From NCBI GenBank assembly GCA_965240465.1, contig OZ251219.1:416001-480000 (forward strand): a stretch of 64,000 nucleotides of DNA. Direction: 5' to 3'. A program made the position numbers and the translations under genes. This document shows positions 39,495 through 49,254 of the stretch, in pieces. Numbering within the stretch: the first letter of the stretch is position 1; each line of letters starts with the position of its first letter. The notes beneath the pieces were generated by a model, which worked only from the letters and a program-made list of their open reading frames with translations, ran no database searches and had not been told where the DNA came from. The DNA comes from a bacterium. Lineage in GTDB: Bacteria > SAR324 > JACQKK01.

Positions 39495-41303
39495 TTGAAC
39501 AAAAAAATACTGGCTATATTTTGGTTAATTTCCATGCTGATGCCTACCTCAGCTTTAGCACGAGATGTGTTTACCGACCGATCATCATTGTTAAGCATCA
39601 TAGAGTTTGGGGTGGTGTTCTTGGCAGCGTATCAGCTGGCATTTTATTTTTTCGTAAAAAATCAACTCCAAGTTCTATTAGAATTACATTTTATCGGTTG
39701 GGGATTGTACTTGTTTGGCATTTTATCACCTCTGTCAAAGAGTGTTAGTGATCTTGCCCTTAACTTTGACAATGAGTACTGGAATTTTGTAATAGGAGCT
39801 TTTGGAGTTGCGTTATTAATGTATGTAGCCAAACAGAACCCTACTCCTATCAACCGTTATGTTAAGCCTTTTCAACTGGGGATGATCGGCTTTTTTGGCT
39901 TTAGTGTAGTCATAGGTTTAGGACGAGCTGATATTGCTCTTACCTTGATTGCCAGCCCTATTCCTCATATTATTTTAGCTTGGCTGATAGCTGCTTCTTG
40001 GCTGAGCAATTCTTATATCCACTATAAATATCAGAAACATGAAAAACACCCCCATAAAATTAATTGGCTACCAGAACTATTCCTAGGATGCGGTTGGGGA
40101 CTTACCCTACTAGCCATCTTGTTGGGGAGCTGGGGAACAAATCGCTGGTTGCCCGTTGGTACGGAATTTTATCTGGTGAACATTATCTTTATGGTCTGCA
40201 GTCCTATCTTAATTATTCAGCTAGGAGGTTTCTTAAGGAATGTTCAACAGCAACGGTCCGAAGCCATGGATGATGTGCTTTTGGAAAAAGACAAGGTACT
40301 TTTAGAAAAAGACAAGGTCCGTCGTATAACAGACACCGCCGATAAATTCATTCCCAAACAGTTTTTGGAACTGCTAAGCAAGAAGGAAGTCACCGAAATA
40401 CACAATGGAGAAGCCGTCGAGCGGAATCTGACTGTACTGTTTTCTGATATTTGTACTTTTACTCGCTTGTCGGCTAACATGAGCCCTGAGGAAAATTTTG
40501 AATTTCTGAACAATTATTTCAATGGGATGGGAAATATCGTCTATCGTCATAGTGGCTTCATAGATAAATTCATTGGCGATGCTATTATGGCTATTTTTGG
40601 CCGCCAGCCAGAAGATGCTATTGAATGTGCCATTTTACTCCAAAGATGGTTACGCTTGTACAACCTTCTTCGTAAAGATAAAAACTCAAATCCCATTATT
40701 ACCGGAATAGGCATTAACTCCGGACCCACCATGATTGGAGTACTAGGCACCAACAATCGCTTAGATAGCACTGTCATCGGCGATACCGTTAATTCAGCTT
40801 TTCATGTGGAAGCCCTCACCCGTTTTTACGATGCTAAGATACTGATTACCGAAAACACCTACCAAGGACTTAAAAACCCTGCTCAATTCCCTGTTAGGAA
40901 TCTGGGTAGCACCCACATAAAGGGACACAATGATACCCTAAATATCTACGAAGTGCTGGCAGGCGACCCCCCTGATATTCGTAATAAAAAAATCTCTCTC
41001 ACTCCCTATTATGAAACTGCCATTGTTCGTATCAAGGAAAACAAATACGAAGACGCCCTCGCCCTTCTTAAAAAATGCCTAGTATGTTACCCACAAGATA
41101 AACCCTCCTGCTTGCAAATTGACCGTTGTATTAAAGGCATTCAAGAACAAAAAACTGCTTCGCATTATAAAATTTCCACCTCTCTACCAATCGAAACCAC
41201 CGCAGAATACCCCCATACAAAAATCACGGGGGTGACCTCCGATGTGAATAAACCAGAATCTCTCTCCGATGAAGAACAAATGAGGACCATCCTCCCTAAC
41301 TGA
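39495..41303 (+). CDS. Membrane-bound class III adenylate/guanylate cyclase domain protein
   Basis: About 7 TM segments, then LFSDI..FT, IDKFIGDAIMA, GIGINSG, TVIGDTVN and IKG. Confidence 0.9.
   Translation: MNKKILAIFWLISMLMPTSALARDVFTDRSSLLSIIEFGVVFLAAYQLAFYFFVKNQLQVLLELHFIGWGLYLFGILSPLSKSVSDLALNFDNEYWNFVIGAFGVALLMYVAKQNPTPINRYVKPFQLGMIGFFGFSVVIGLGRADIALTLIASPIPHIILAWLIAASWLSNSYIHYKYQKHEKHPHKINWLPELFLGCGWGLTLLAILLGSWGTNRWLPVGTEFYLVNIIFMVCSPILIIQLGGFLRNVQQQRSEAMDDVLLEKDKVLLEKDKVRRITDTADKFIPKQFLELLSKKEVTEIHNGEAVERNLTVLFSDICTFTRLSANMSPEENFEFLNNYFNGMGNIVYRHSGFIDKFIGDAIMAIFGRQPEDAIECAILLQRWLRLYNLLRKDKNSNPIITGIGINSGPTMIGVLGTNNRLDSTVIGDTVNSAFHVEALTRFYDAKILITENTYQGLKNPAQFPVRNLGSTHIKGHNDTLNIYEVLAGDPPDIRNKKISLTPYYETAIVRIKENKYEDALALLKKCLVCYPQDKPSCLQIDRCIKGIQEQKTASHYKISTSLPIETTAEYPHTKITGVTSDVNKPESLSDEEQMRTILPN
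40275..40318. repeat. 21-nt x2 in-frame repeat in the cyclase linker (VLLEKDK)
   Basis: GT(G/A)CTTTT(G/A)GAAAAAGACAAG x2. Confidence 0.85.
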
Positions 41304-41405
41304 TAACTAACTACTGGTGAGAATCCTTACCCAAATCATCGCACAAATCCTTGCCAAAACTCCACCGAATAAACTGATACTCCCCACCCCTCCTCTCGCA
41401 CTACT

Positions 41406-41444
41406 GCAGACACTCTTATCGCAGGCACTCTTATCGCAGGCACT
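41406..41444. repeat. 15-nt x2+ repeat spanning a stop codon
   Basis: CACTCTTATCGCAGG x2. Confidence 0.87.
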
Positions 41445-42369
41445 TCTCAAAAAAAGCAATCGTAGGCACTAACCCCTCCCGCAAACCAACCTTAGGCTTC
41501 CAACCTAACTGACGCTCTGCTAATCCAATGTCGGGACATCTCTGCCTGGGCTCATCTTCGCGAGCTGGCAGATATTTTATGTCCGAGCGTGAATTGGTCA
41601 ACTCTCTTATTGTATCTGCCAACTCCAACATATTTATCTCGGTCGGATTACCCAAATTCACAGGCCCCACTAATCCCTCCTTGTTCATCATCAAATGCAT
41701 CCCTTCTACCAAATCGGAAACATAACAAAATGAACGCGTCTGAAGTCCAGACCCATAAAGGGTCAAAGGCTTATTTCGCAACGCCTGACAAATAAAATTG
41801 CTCACCACCCGTCCATCGTCTGGTTGCATAAAGGGCCCGTAAGTATTGAAAATACGTACCAAACACACATCCACCCCATATTGCCGATAATAATCCATCA
41901 GCAACGATTCAGAAGCTCGCTTGCCTTCGTCATAGCAAGAGCGTACCCCCAATGGATTAACATTCCCCCAATAATCCTCAGTCTGAGGATGCTGCTGAGG
42001 ATCCCCATACACCTCTGAAGTAGAAGCAAATAACAACCGAGTTCCTTTTCCTCTGTCTCTCAGAGCCTCTAGTACCCGCAACATCCCCAAAACGCATGTA
42101 CGCCAAGTACCTACCGCATCCCGTTGATAATGCACCGGAGACGCAGGACACGCCAAATGATACACCGCTACCATCTCACTCAAATCCACCCCATCACACA
42201 CATTTCCCTCCCGAACCCGAAAATCCTTTCCCAATAAAGAACTCACATTCCCCTTACTGCCAGTATAAAAATTATCCATACAGCACACCCGATGACCCGC
42301 CTCCAACTCCATCCGACATACATGGCTGCCTATAAAACCCGCACCCCCAGTTATCAACACATTCTTCAT
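41431..42369 (-). CDS. UDP-glucuronic acid decarboxylase family SDR
   Basis: TGGAGFIGSH, HLACPASP.HYQ, STSEVYGDP, RSCYDEGKR, RIFNTYGP, DGRVVSNF. Confidence 0.93.
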   Translation of the reverse strand: MKNVLITGGAGFIGSHVCRMELEAGHRVCCMDNFYTGSKGNVSSLLGKDFRVREGNVCDGVDLSEMVAVYHLACPASPVHYQRDAVGTWRTCVLGMLRVLEALRDRGKGTRLLFASTSEVYGDPQQHPQTEDYWGNVNPLGVRSCYDEGKRASESLLMDYYRQYGVDVCLVRIFNTYGPFMQPDDGRVVSNFICQALRNKPLTLYGSGLQTRSFCYVSDLVEGMHLMMNKEGLVGPVNLGNPTEINMLELADTIRELTNSRSDIKYLPAREDEPRQRCPDIGLAERQLGWKPKVGLREGLVPTIAFFEKCLR

Positions 42370-42617
42370 CCACTGCTTTCCGTAAAAAATCTACCCAAAT
42401 ACCGATATGCCTAGTACCTCTGCTGGCAATTCATGATCAACCCCTTTAATTCCCCTATTATCCTGTCTGCGATATGGTAGCAAGTTTTATAATAAATTCT
42501 AAATATGTAAGCAGAGTAAAAATAGTACTCATTTACACCAGTAGCCTGCCAAAGTGGTTTGAAATATGAGAGGATAACAAGAGCAATTATTTGGCTTGTT
42601 GTTGATGGAGAAATCAA

Positions 42618-44351
42618 GTGGGAGAGTGTAAAGGATTAGCTCAGCGTTTACGTCCGAAGCTATTTAAGGAGTTACTAGGTCAAGAGTTAACCGCAGAGGC
42701 TTTAAGTACAGCCGTGAGTAGTGGTCGTTTGGCACAGGCATTTTTGTTTAGTGGCCCTAGGGGTGTAGGCAAGACCAGTGCAGCTCGCATTTTGGCTCGG
42801 GCGTTGTTGTGTGAGCATCGTGGTGAGGGAGGAGAGCCGTGCAATAATTGTGATATTTGTGAGTCCATTCTCAGGAATGCCTGTGTGGACGTGCAAGAAA
42901 TGGATGCTGCTTCTAATCGGGGGATAGACAGTATTCGGGAGTTGCGTAAGAACGCCAAGTATGTTCCTTCTCGGGCATCTCGTAAGGTGTACATTATGGA
43001 TGAGGTGCATATGCTGACGATGGAGTCCTTCAATGCCTTATTGAAGATATTGGAAGAACCTCCCCCGCATGTGACCTTTATTTTTGCTACCACAGAATCC
43101 CAGAAAATACCTAGTACGGTGCTTTCCCGATGTCAGCGTTTTCAATTTGCTAGATTATCAGGAGAACAGATAGCCAAGCATTTAGGGGAGGTTGCCCGAC
43201 AAGAGGGAGCTGAGTTATCAGAACGCAGCTTATCAGCCTTATCTCAGCATGCCCATGGTAGCATGCGGGATGCCCTAATGGGCTTAGATCAAATATGGGC
43301 ATTCGCAGGTAAAAAAGCCCAAGCTGGCAAGATCCTGGAAATGCTGGGCTTGCTGGAAGCAAATGCAGTCTGGCAAGTGCTAGAAGCTGTGCTAGAACAA
43401 CAACCAGCTAAGGCTCTGGTAGCCCTAGATGAAGTCTATCAGCAAGGAGGATCCCTAGGCACACTCCTAGGACAATTGATAGAAGAAGTCAGCGGACTGA
43501 GCATGCTACTAGCTTTGCAGTCAAATTCGCCCGAGCTTAAAAATAATTCAGAGATCCTCTCAGCCGCCCGTATCTCGGTAGAAGCCCGAGATTTTCTAGC
43601 CCGAGCAGAGCTCTCAACCGATGTTCTACAGCAGCTGTTTTATGTCTTGCTGGAGGCAGAACAGCACATGCGCCAAAGCAGATTTGAAAAAATGTGCCTA
43701 GAAATGGCGATACTAAAGGGTTGCCAGCTAAAATCACTAGCAGGAATAGGGTTTCTACTAGAAGAAGCCCGCCACGCCGTCCAAAGCGATAAAATAGAAC
43801 GGGATAAAATAGAGCATGGTAAAATAGAGCGGGATGCCACAGAACAGGGTACCGCAGGGCAGAATAATACTCATGATAAGCTACCCTCTGTCTCTAATAC
43901 TGAAAACTCCCCCAAACCCACAAACCAGCCCCCAGCTCAGACCGTAGAACAGGCAGAACCCCAGCAAGCCAGCTCGGCAGAAACAAGCAATCCCGTCCTC
44001 ACCGATCCCGTCCTCACCGATCCCGTCCTCACCGATCCCGTCCTCACCGATCCCGTCCTCACCGATCCCGTCCTCACCGATCCCGTCCTCACCGATCCCG
44101 TCCTCACCGATCCCGTCCTCACCACCCCACCAGTCCAACCCTCCCCTTACACCCCCCACAATACCGCACCAACTAAGGCAAATAATCCCAGCTATACCCC
44201 CGCAGAACTTGAAACCCTCCAACACCCCGCGGTTCAGCAAATTAAAAACTCGTTTCCATCCCATGAAATCCTAAAAGTGAAATTAAAAAAACCTCCCAAC
44301 CTCCCTACCCCCCTCACCCCCCACATCTCCTCCCCTCCTGATCCCGCCTGA
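42618..44351 (+). CDS. dnaX: DNA polymerase III subunit gamma/tau
   Basis: GPRGVGKT, zinc-binding cysteines, EMDAASNRG, DEVHML, NALLK.LEEPP, SRCQRF. Confidence 0.96.
   Translation: MGECKGLAQRLRPKLFKELLGQELTAEALSTAVSSGRLAQAFLFSGPRGVGKTSAARILARALLCEHRGEGGEPCNNCDICESILRNACVDVQEMDAASNRGIDSIRELRKNAKYVPSRASRKVYIMDEVHMLTMESFNALLKILEEPPPHVTFIFATTESQKIPSTVLSRCQRFQFARLSGEQIAKHLGEVARQEGAELSERSLSALSQHAHGSMRDALMGLDQIWAFAGKKAQAGKILEMLGLLEANAVWQVLEAVLEQQPAKALVALDEVYQQGGSLGTLLGQLIEEVSGLSMLLALQSNSPELKNNSEILSAARISVEARDFLARAELSTDVLQQLFYVLLEAEQHMRQSRFEKMCLEMAILKGCQLKSLAGIGFLLEEARHAVQSDKIERDKIEHGKIERDATEQGTAGQNNTHDKLPSVSNTENSPKPTNQPPAQTVEQAEPQQASSAETSNPVLTDPVLTDPVLTDPVLTDPVLTDPVLTDPVLTDPVLTDPVLTTPPVQPSPYTPHNTAPTKANNPSYTPAELETLQHPAVQQIKNSFPSHEILKVKLKKPPNLPTPLTPHISSPPDPA
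43990..44123. repeat. Perfect 15-nt x9 in-frame repeat in dnaX (PVLTD)
   Basis: ATCCCGTCCTCACCG x9 (last copy lacks the final base). Confidence 0.97.
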
Positions 44352-45004
44352 TGAGCGTCCCACTCTCCCTAGAAAAACTGGTGACCGCCCTAGCAAGACT
44401 CCCCGGCGTTGGACAAAAAACCGCCCAACGACTAGCCTTCTCACTACTACGCGATCAATCAGGGCTGTCCGACCAACTCGCTACCGCAATTAGCAACGCC
44501 CGCCGCGAAATCCATTTCTGTGAACGCTGCTTCAGCTACGCCGAAAACCCTCTCTGCCCCATCTGCCAAGACCCTCGCCGCGACCACTCCAGCATCTGCG
44601 TGGTGGAACAACCCGTGGATATCTACGTGATTGAACGCAGCAGAGTCTTTGATGGGGTCTATCATGTGCTGATGGGTAGCATCTCACCCCTAGATGGCAT
44701 CGGCCCCCAACAACTTAAAATAGCAGAGCTCCTACAACGAATAACCCAAGCCAACCAAACCCCTCAACCAATCCAAGAAATCATCATGGCTACCAATCCC
44801 TCCATGAACGGAGAAGCCACTGCCCTGCACCTCGCCAATCTCTTGAAGGAACATGACCTACGCCTAACTCGGCTCGCACGGGGCATCCCCGTAGGAGGTA
44901 GCTTGGAATATGCCGATGACATAACCTTAGACCAAGCCTTCCAAGGACGACAAAACCTCAGCCCTAGCACCGCCAAACCCTCTACCGCAACACCCAGAAA
45001 TTAG
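44351..45004 (+). CDS. recR: Recombination mediator RecR
   Basis: LPGVG.KTAQRLAF, C4 zinc finger, ICVVE, YHVL, GEATA, RLARGIP.G. Confidence 0.97.
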   Translation: MSVPLSLEKLVTALARLPGVGQKTAQRLAFSLLRDQSGLSDQLATAISNARREIHFCERCFSYAENPLCPICQDPRRDHSSICVVEQPVDIYVIERSRVFDGVYHVLMGSISPLDGIGPQQLKIAELLQRITQANQTPQPIQEIIMATNPSMNGEATALHLANLLKEHDLRLTRLARGIPVGGSLEYADDITLDQAFQGRQNLSPSTAKPSTATPRN

Positions 45005-45008
45005 ATAA

Positions 45009-48000
45009 ATGCGAAGGATAGAAATATTCACCAAGTCATCCTACCCAGATCCCCTCGGGGAGAAATTAAAGCAACGCATCAATAAAGAAAGCAAATTCAC
45101 TCTAAAAAACCTAAGAACTGCTAATATCTACAAGATGGCTGATGATTTTCTGCCCTCCCAGTCACCTGAAAATCTACGCCAACTAGGTCAGGAATTATTT
45201 GCCGATCCAGTGCTTTCCCAGTGCTGTGTCAATGGCGAGCTGCTAAGAGAACCAGACTTTGACTGGTATGTAGAGGTAGGTTTCAAGCGTGGGGTAACCG
45301 ACAGCCTCGGACGCACCGCTCAAGAAAATCTCTGCTGGCGTTGCAACATCCCCACCCCCCCCATTCAATCGGTGTTCAGTACCCAGGGTTATTTCCTATT
45401 CCTAAGCAATGAATTAGACAAAGATGAAATCCTCTACCTAGCTGAAAACTGGATGGCTAATCCGCTGGTGCATGATGTAGACCCTTTGTCTAAGCAGGAG
45501 ATAGAGTTCATCAATGATTATTTGGCAAAAACAGAATACAAGAACATAACTCATGATAAAATATTCGTTGATCTGCCATCACAATTTTTCTCCTTACCCC
45601 AAGTAGAATTAAGTGCTCCGTCCATTAAATTACACCTACTTGATGTCACCAACCCACAACCGCTGTCTGAGGATATATTGCTATTCTTGTCTAGGGATAG
45701 AACGCTAGCCTTGTCTGAAGAGGAACTCAAAGCCTTGGTGAACCATTTCATTAGCCCAAAAATCCAAGAGCAGCGAAAAAAAATAGGCTCGGAGGAATTC
45801 TTTACTAATGTGAAGCTGGAAGAATGCATTACCGATGTGGAGCTAGAAGTACTGGCACAAACTTGGAGTGAACACTGCCTGCATAAGATATTCAAGGCTC
45901 GCATTCACTATCAAGAGGGATCTGAAAAACCCAGCTGTATTAATTCCCTATTTGATACTTATATTAAAGGAGCGACCCAAGCGATCCGCAAAAAACTAGG
46001 CCAGCGAGACCACTGCTTATCGGTATTTGTGGATAATGCGGGAGTTATGCTTTTGGATGATAATTGGGGCTTGGCAGTTAAGGTGGAAACTCATAATACG
46101 CCTTCGGCACTGGATCCCTATGGGGGAGCTTTAACGGGCATTTTAGGGGTTAATCGGGATGCCTTTGGAACTGGCAGAGGGGGTAAGTTAATATTCAATA
46201 CCGATGTATTTTGCCTAGCTCCGCCTGATGATGATCCACCGATCGGTAGTGATTTATTAGCCCCTAGTCGTATCATGGAGGGGGTCATTCGGGGGGTGGA
46301 GCATGGAGGAAATGTATCTGGCGTACCTACGGTAAATGGCTCCCTGTGTTTTGATGCCCGCTTTATGGCTAAGCCGCTAGTTTTCTGTGGCAGCGGAGCC
46401 TTGATTCCTCGCCAGTTGGGGGGTCGTCCAGGGCATGAGAAATGGGTCGCAGTCGGAGATTTAGTTGTCATGTGCGGGGGACGCATTGGTCGGGATGGCA
46501 TCCATGGGGCAACTATTTCCTCGCAGGAACTCAAGCGGGACATTCCCTTAGGGGTGGTGCAAATTGGGGATCCCATCACCCAAAAGAAGCTGTTTGATTT
46601 CCTCCTCCTAGCCCGCGATCGGGGCTTATTTAATGCCATCACCGATAATGGTGCGGGGGGATTATCTTCTTCGGTAGGAGAAATGGCGATCATGAGCGGA
46701 GGGGCAAAATTGCACTTAGAGCGTGCTCCCTTAAAATACAAGGGCTTGCAGCCTTGGGAGATTTTGCTTTCTGAATCCCAAGAACGCATGACTCTGGCAG
46801 TTCCTCCGGCCCAAGAAAAAGAGCTTTTGCAGCTGGCAGCAGAAATGCAGGTAGAGTGTACCGTACTAGGTGAATTTACTGACTCGGGGCAATTTGTCAT
46901 TTATCATAAGGGAAAAATAGCAGGCTACTTGGATATGGATTTCCTCCATCACGGCACACCCCAGATGGAACTGAAAGCCGAATGGAAGGCCCCAGTTTAT
47001 CATCCTGAGTTTTCATCAAAGCCTGCCCCCGCTGGTGACCTAACCGCTTGGCTACTACGAGTGCTAGGACGCTTAAATGTGTGTAGTAAGGAGAGCATTG
47101 TGCGTCAATACGATCATGAAGTACAAGGATGCTCGGTGATAAAGCCTCTTTGCGGTGAAGGTCAAGATGGTCCCAGTGATGCTGCCGTACTGAGGACAAG
47201 CCCCGATAGCCCTGCTGGCATTGCGATAGCCCATGGCATTTGCCCTCGCTACGCCGATTGGGACACCTACAACATGGCTGCCTGTGCTATGGATGAGGCA
47301 GTACGCTCCTTGGTGGCAGTGGGTGCTGATCCCAGTCACGCGGCGGCTTTGGATAATTTCTGTTGGTGCGACCCTTTACCGTCTGCCAGCAATCCTGATG
47401 CCAGCTATAAAACGGCTCAATTAGTACGGGCCGCCCGAGCTCTTTATGACACCGCTTGTGCCTACCAAATTCCCTTTATCTCGGGCAAGGACAGCATGAA
47501 AAACGACTTTGTGATGGGTAATTTCCGCCTATCCATTCCTCCCACCGTGCTGGTCACTGCCGTTGCCGTTGTCCCCGAGGTACAAAGAGCGATTTCCATG
47601 GACGTCAAAAAACCCGGCGATTTGGTTTATATCATCGGACGCAGCAGGGGAGAAATGGGTGGCTCTGAGTTCCTAGCCGAATTCTTGCCAGCAAAACATA
47701 CCGAAAAGAACCTATCCTCCGCTGATTCCCATCCTCCCAAACTTTACGGACATCCCCCGAAAACTTATCCTGAGGAACATCTGAAAATATATCAAAAGAT
47801 GTATAACGCCATCCAAAAGGGTTGGATTTGCTCTGCTCATGATTGCTCCGATGGCGGTGCTGCCGTTGCTTTGGCAGAGAGTGCCTTCGCGGGAGGCTAT
47901 GGCATGCGGCTCCAGCTAAAAGCTTGGATAAAGAAGGAAAAACTCCCTCTGGCACAACTGCTTTTTTCGGAAAGCCCCGGGCGTTTGATTGTAACCATTA

Positions 48001-48179
48001 GACCACAGCACCAAAAATCCTTTGAAGAAAAATTCGCAGAGACCTCCTATTGCTTGCTAGGCAAGGTTACCGAAGACCAAAATTTCACTGCCTTAAACGA
48101 AAAATCCACCAGCCTGAATACTACTTTAGAAACCCTTAAAAAAACTTGGCAAGAACCCCTTAAGCACTCCCCCCCTTAA
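45009..48179 (+). CDS. purL: Phosphoribosylformylglycinamidine synthase subunit PurL
   Basis: QTWSEHC.HK, VETHN.PS, GRDGIHGA, DNGAGG, SESQERM, QYDHEVQ, SGKDSM, HDCSDGG. Confidence 0.95.
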   Translation: MRRIEIFTKSSYPDPLGEKLKQRINKESKFTLKNLRTANIYKMADDFLPSQSPENLRQLGQELFADPVLSQCCVNGELLREPDFDWYVEVGFKRGVTDSLGRTAQENLCWRCNIPTPPIQSVFSTQGYFLFLSNELDKDEILYLAENWMANPLVHDVDPLSKQEIEFINDYLAKTEYKNITHDKIFVDLPSQFFSLPQVELSAPSIKLHLLDVTNPQPLSEDILLFLSRDRTLALSEEELKALVNHFISPKIQEQRKKIGSEEFFTNVKLEECITDVELEVLAQTWSEHCLHKIFKARIHYQEGSEKPSCINSLFDTYIKGATQAIRKKLGQRDHCLSVFVDNAGVMLLDDNWGLAVKVETHNTPSALDPYGGALTGILGVNRDAFGTGRGGKLIFNTDVFCLAPPDDDPPIGSDLLAPSRIMEGVIRGVEHGGNVSGVPTVNGSLCFDARFMAKPLVFCGSGALIPRQLGGRPGHEKWVAVGDLVVMCGGRIGRDGIHGATISSQELKRDIPLGVVQIGDPITQKKLFDFLLLARDRGLFNAITDNGAGGLSSSVGEMAIMSGGAKLHLERAPLKYKGLQPWEILLSESQERMTLAVPPAQEKELLQLAAEMQVECTVLGEFTDSGQFVIYHKGKIAGYLDMDFLHHGTPQMELKAEWKAPVYHPEFSSKPAPAGDLTAWLLRVLGRLNVCSKESIVRQYDHEVQGCSVIKPLCGEGQDGPSDAAVLRTSPDSPAGIAIAHGICPRYADWDTYNMAACAMDEAVRSLVAVGADPSHAAALDNFCWCDPLPSASNPDASYKTAQLVRAARALYDTACAYQIPFISGKDSMKNDFVMGNFRLSIPPTVLVTAVAVVPEVQRAISMDVKKPGDLVYIIGRSRGEMGGSEFLAEFLPAKHTEKNLSSADSHPPKLYGHPPKTYPEEHLKIYQKMYNAIQKGWICSAHDCSDGGAAVALAESAFAGGYGMRLQLKAWIKKEKLPLAQLLFSESPGRLIVTIRPQHQKSFEEKFAETSYCLLGKVTEDQNFTALNEKSTSLNTTLETLKKTWQEPLKHSPP

Positions 48180-48205
48180 GCACTCCCGCCCCTTAAGCAC
48201 TCCCC
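48156..48205. repeat. 16/17-nt x3 repeat spanning the purL stop codon
   Basis: CCCTTAAGCACTCCC(C/G) x3. Confidence 0.9.
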
Positions 48206-48240
48206 ACCCGCAACCACTCATACTCTAAGTACCCCCCACC

Positions 48241-49065
48241 ATGAGCATTGACACCGCCATCATCACCGGATTGGGCATCAACTGTGAAACAGAAACCCAG
48301 CAAGCCTGCTATCAGGCGGGGTTCGGGGTGTCCCTGATTCCCCTGACCAGCCTTTATCGCCACGGCACCAGCCAACTGGAAAAAACCCGACTGATAATCT
48401 TCCCCGGCGGCTTCCTAGATGGTGATGACCTCGGCTGTGCCCAAGCTTGCGTCAATCGTTTCCGATATTGCCCCCTTCCCGATGGAAAAAATTTCCTAGA
48501 ATACCTGCTGAATTTTATCCAAGGGGGGGGCTTAATCTTAGGCATCTGCAATGGCTTTCAGCTACTGGTCAAACTCGGACTACTGCCAGAGCCAAGCTCC
48601 CAAACACTATCAACACCTAGCACCCCTCTACCCAAATTTACGCTCACCCACAATGCCCACGGACGTTTTGAAAATCGCTGGGTGGAGCTTCTTGTTAATC
48701 AGAAATCTCCCTGTATCTTCACCAAAGATCTCACTAGAATCAGCCTCCCCATTCGCCATGGCCAAGGACAACTGCTGTCCGACCGCCCAGACCAGTTAAA
48801 AAATAACCCGACATTCTGCCCTCTCTACTATTGCGACCCCCAAGGGAAACCCACCGAAGAATATCCTCATAATCCTAATCACTCGCCACACGGCATGGCG
48901 GCACTCTGCGACCCCAGTGGACGCATCCTCGGACTAATGCCACATCCCGAAGCTGCTTGCCAAATCACTCAACACCCCTCCTGGACACGCTCCCCATCTA
49001 AACCAGCAGGACTATCCATCTTCCAAAACGCTTATCGTTTTCTAGAACAAAATAAACAGCCTTAA
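48241..49065 (+). CDS. purQ: FGAM synthase glutaminase subunit PurQ
   Basis: GINCE.ET, PGGFLDGD, GICNGFQ, GLMPHPE. Confidence 0.93.
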   Translation: MSIDTAIITGLGINCETETQQACYQAGFGVSLIPLTSLYRHGTSQLEKTRLIIFPGGFLDGDDLGCAQACVNRFRYCPLPDGKNFLEYLLNFIQGGGLILGICNGFQLLVKLGLLPEPSSQTLSTPSTPLPKFTLTHNAHGRFENRWVELLVNQKSPCIFTKDLTRISLPIRHGQGQLLSDRPDQLKNNPTFCPLYYCDPQGKPTEEYPHNPNHSPHGMAALCDPSGRILGLMPHPEAACQITQHPSWTRSPSKPAGLSIFQNAYRFLEQNKQP

Positions 49066-49254
49066 ATAAATTAAGGTGACCGTCTTACTTGCACCAGATA
49101 GGAGGTACCGATTATCGGCATTATTTTTCTGCCCAGCTAAAACTATACCCCGACAACTTCCCGATTAAATAGCGTTTGGCTACTCTGTGGTATTTTTAGC
49201 ACAATTTAATTAATTAGCCTAAATGTAAATTCATTCCCTTAAAGGCAGTAATAA

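Noticed and set aside
43311-43317. AAAAAAG as a dnaX -1 frameshift site
   Set aside because: It is read AAA-AAA-G rather than A-AAA-AAG and lies too early in the gene to give a gamma subunit.
44351-44353. Missing ybaB between dnaX and recR
   Set aside because: A common gene-order variant; ybaB may be elsewhere in the genome.
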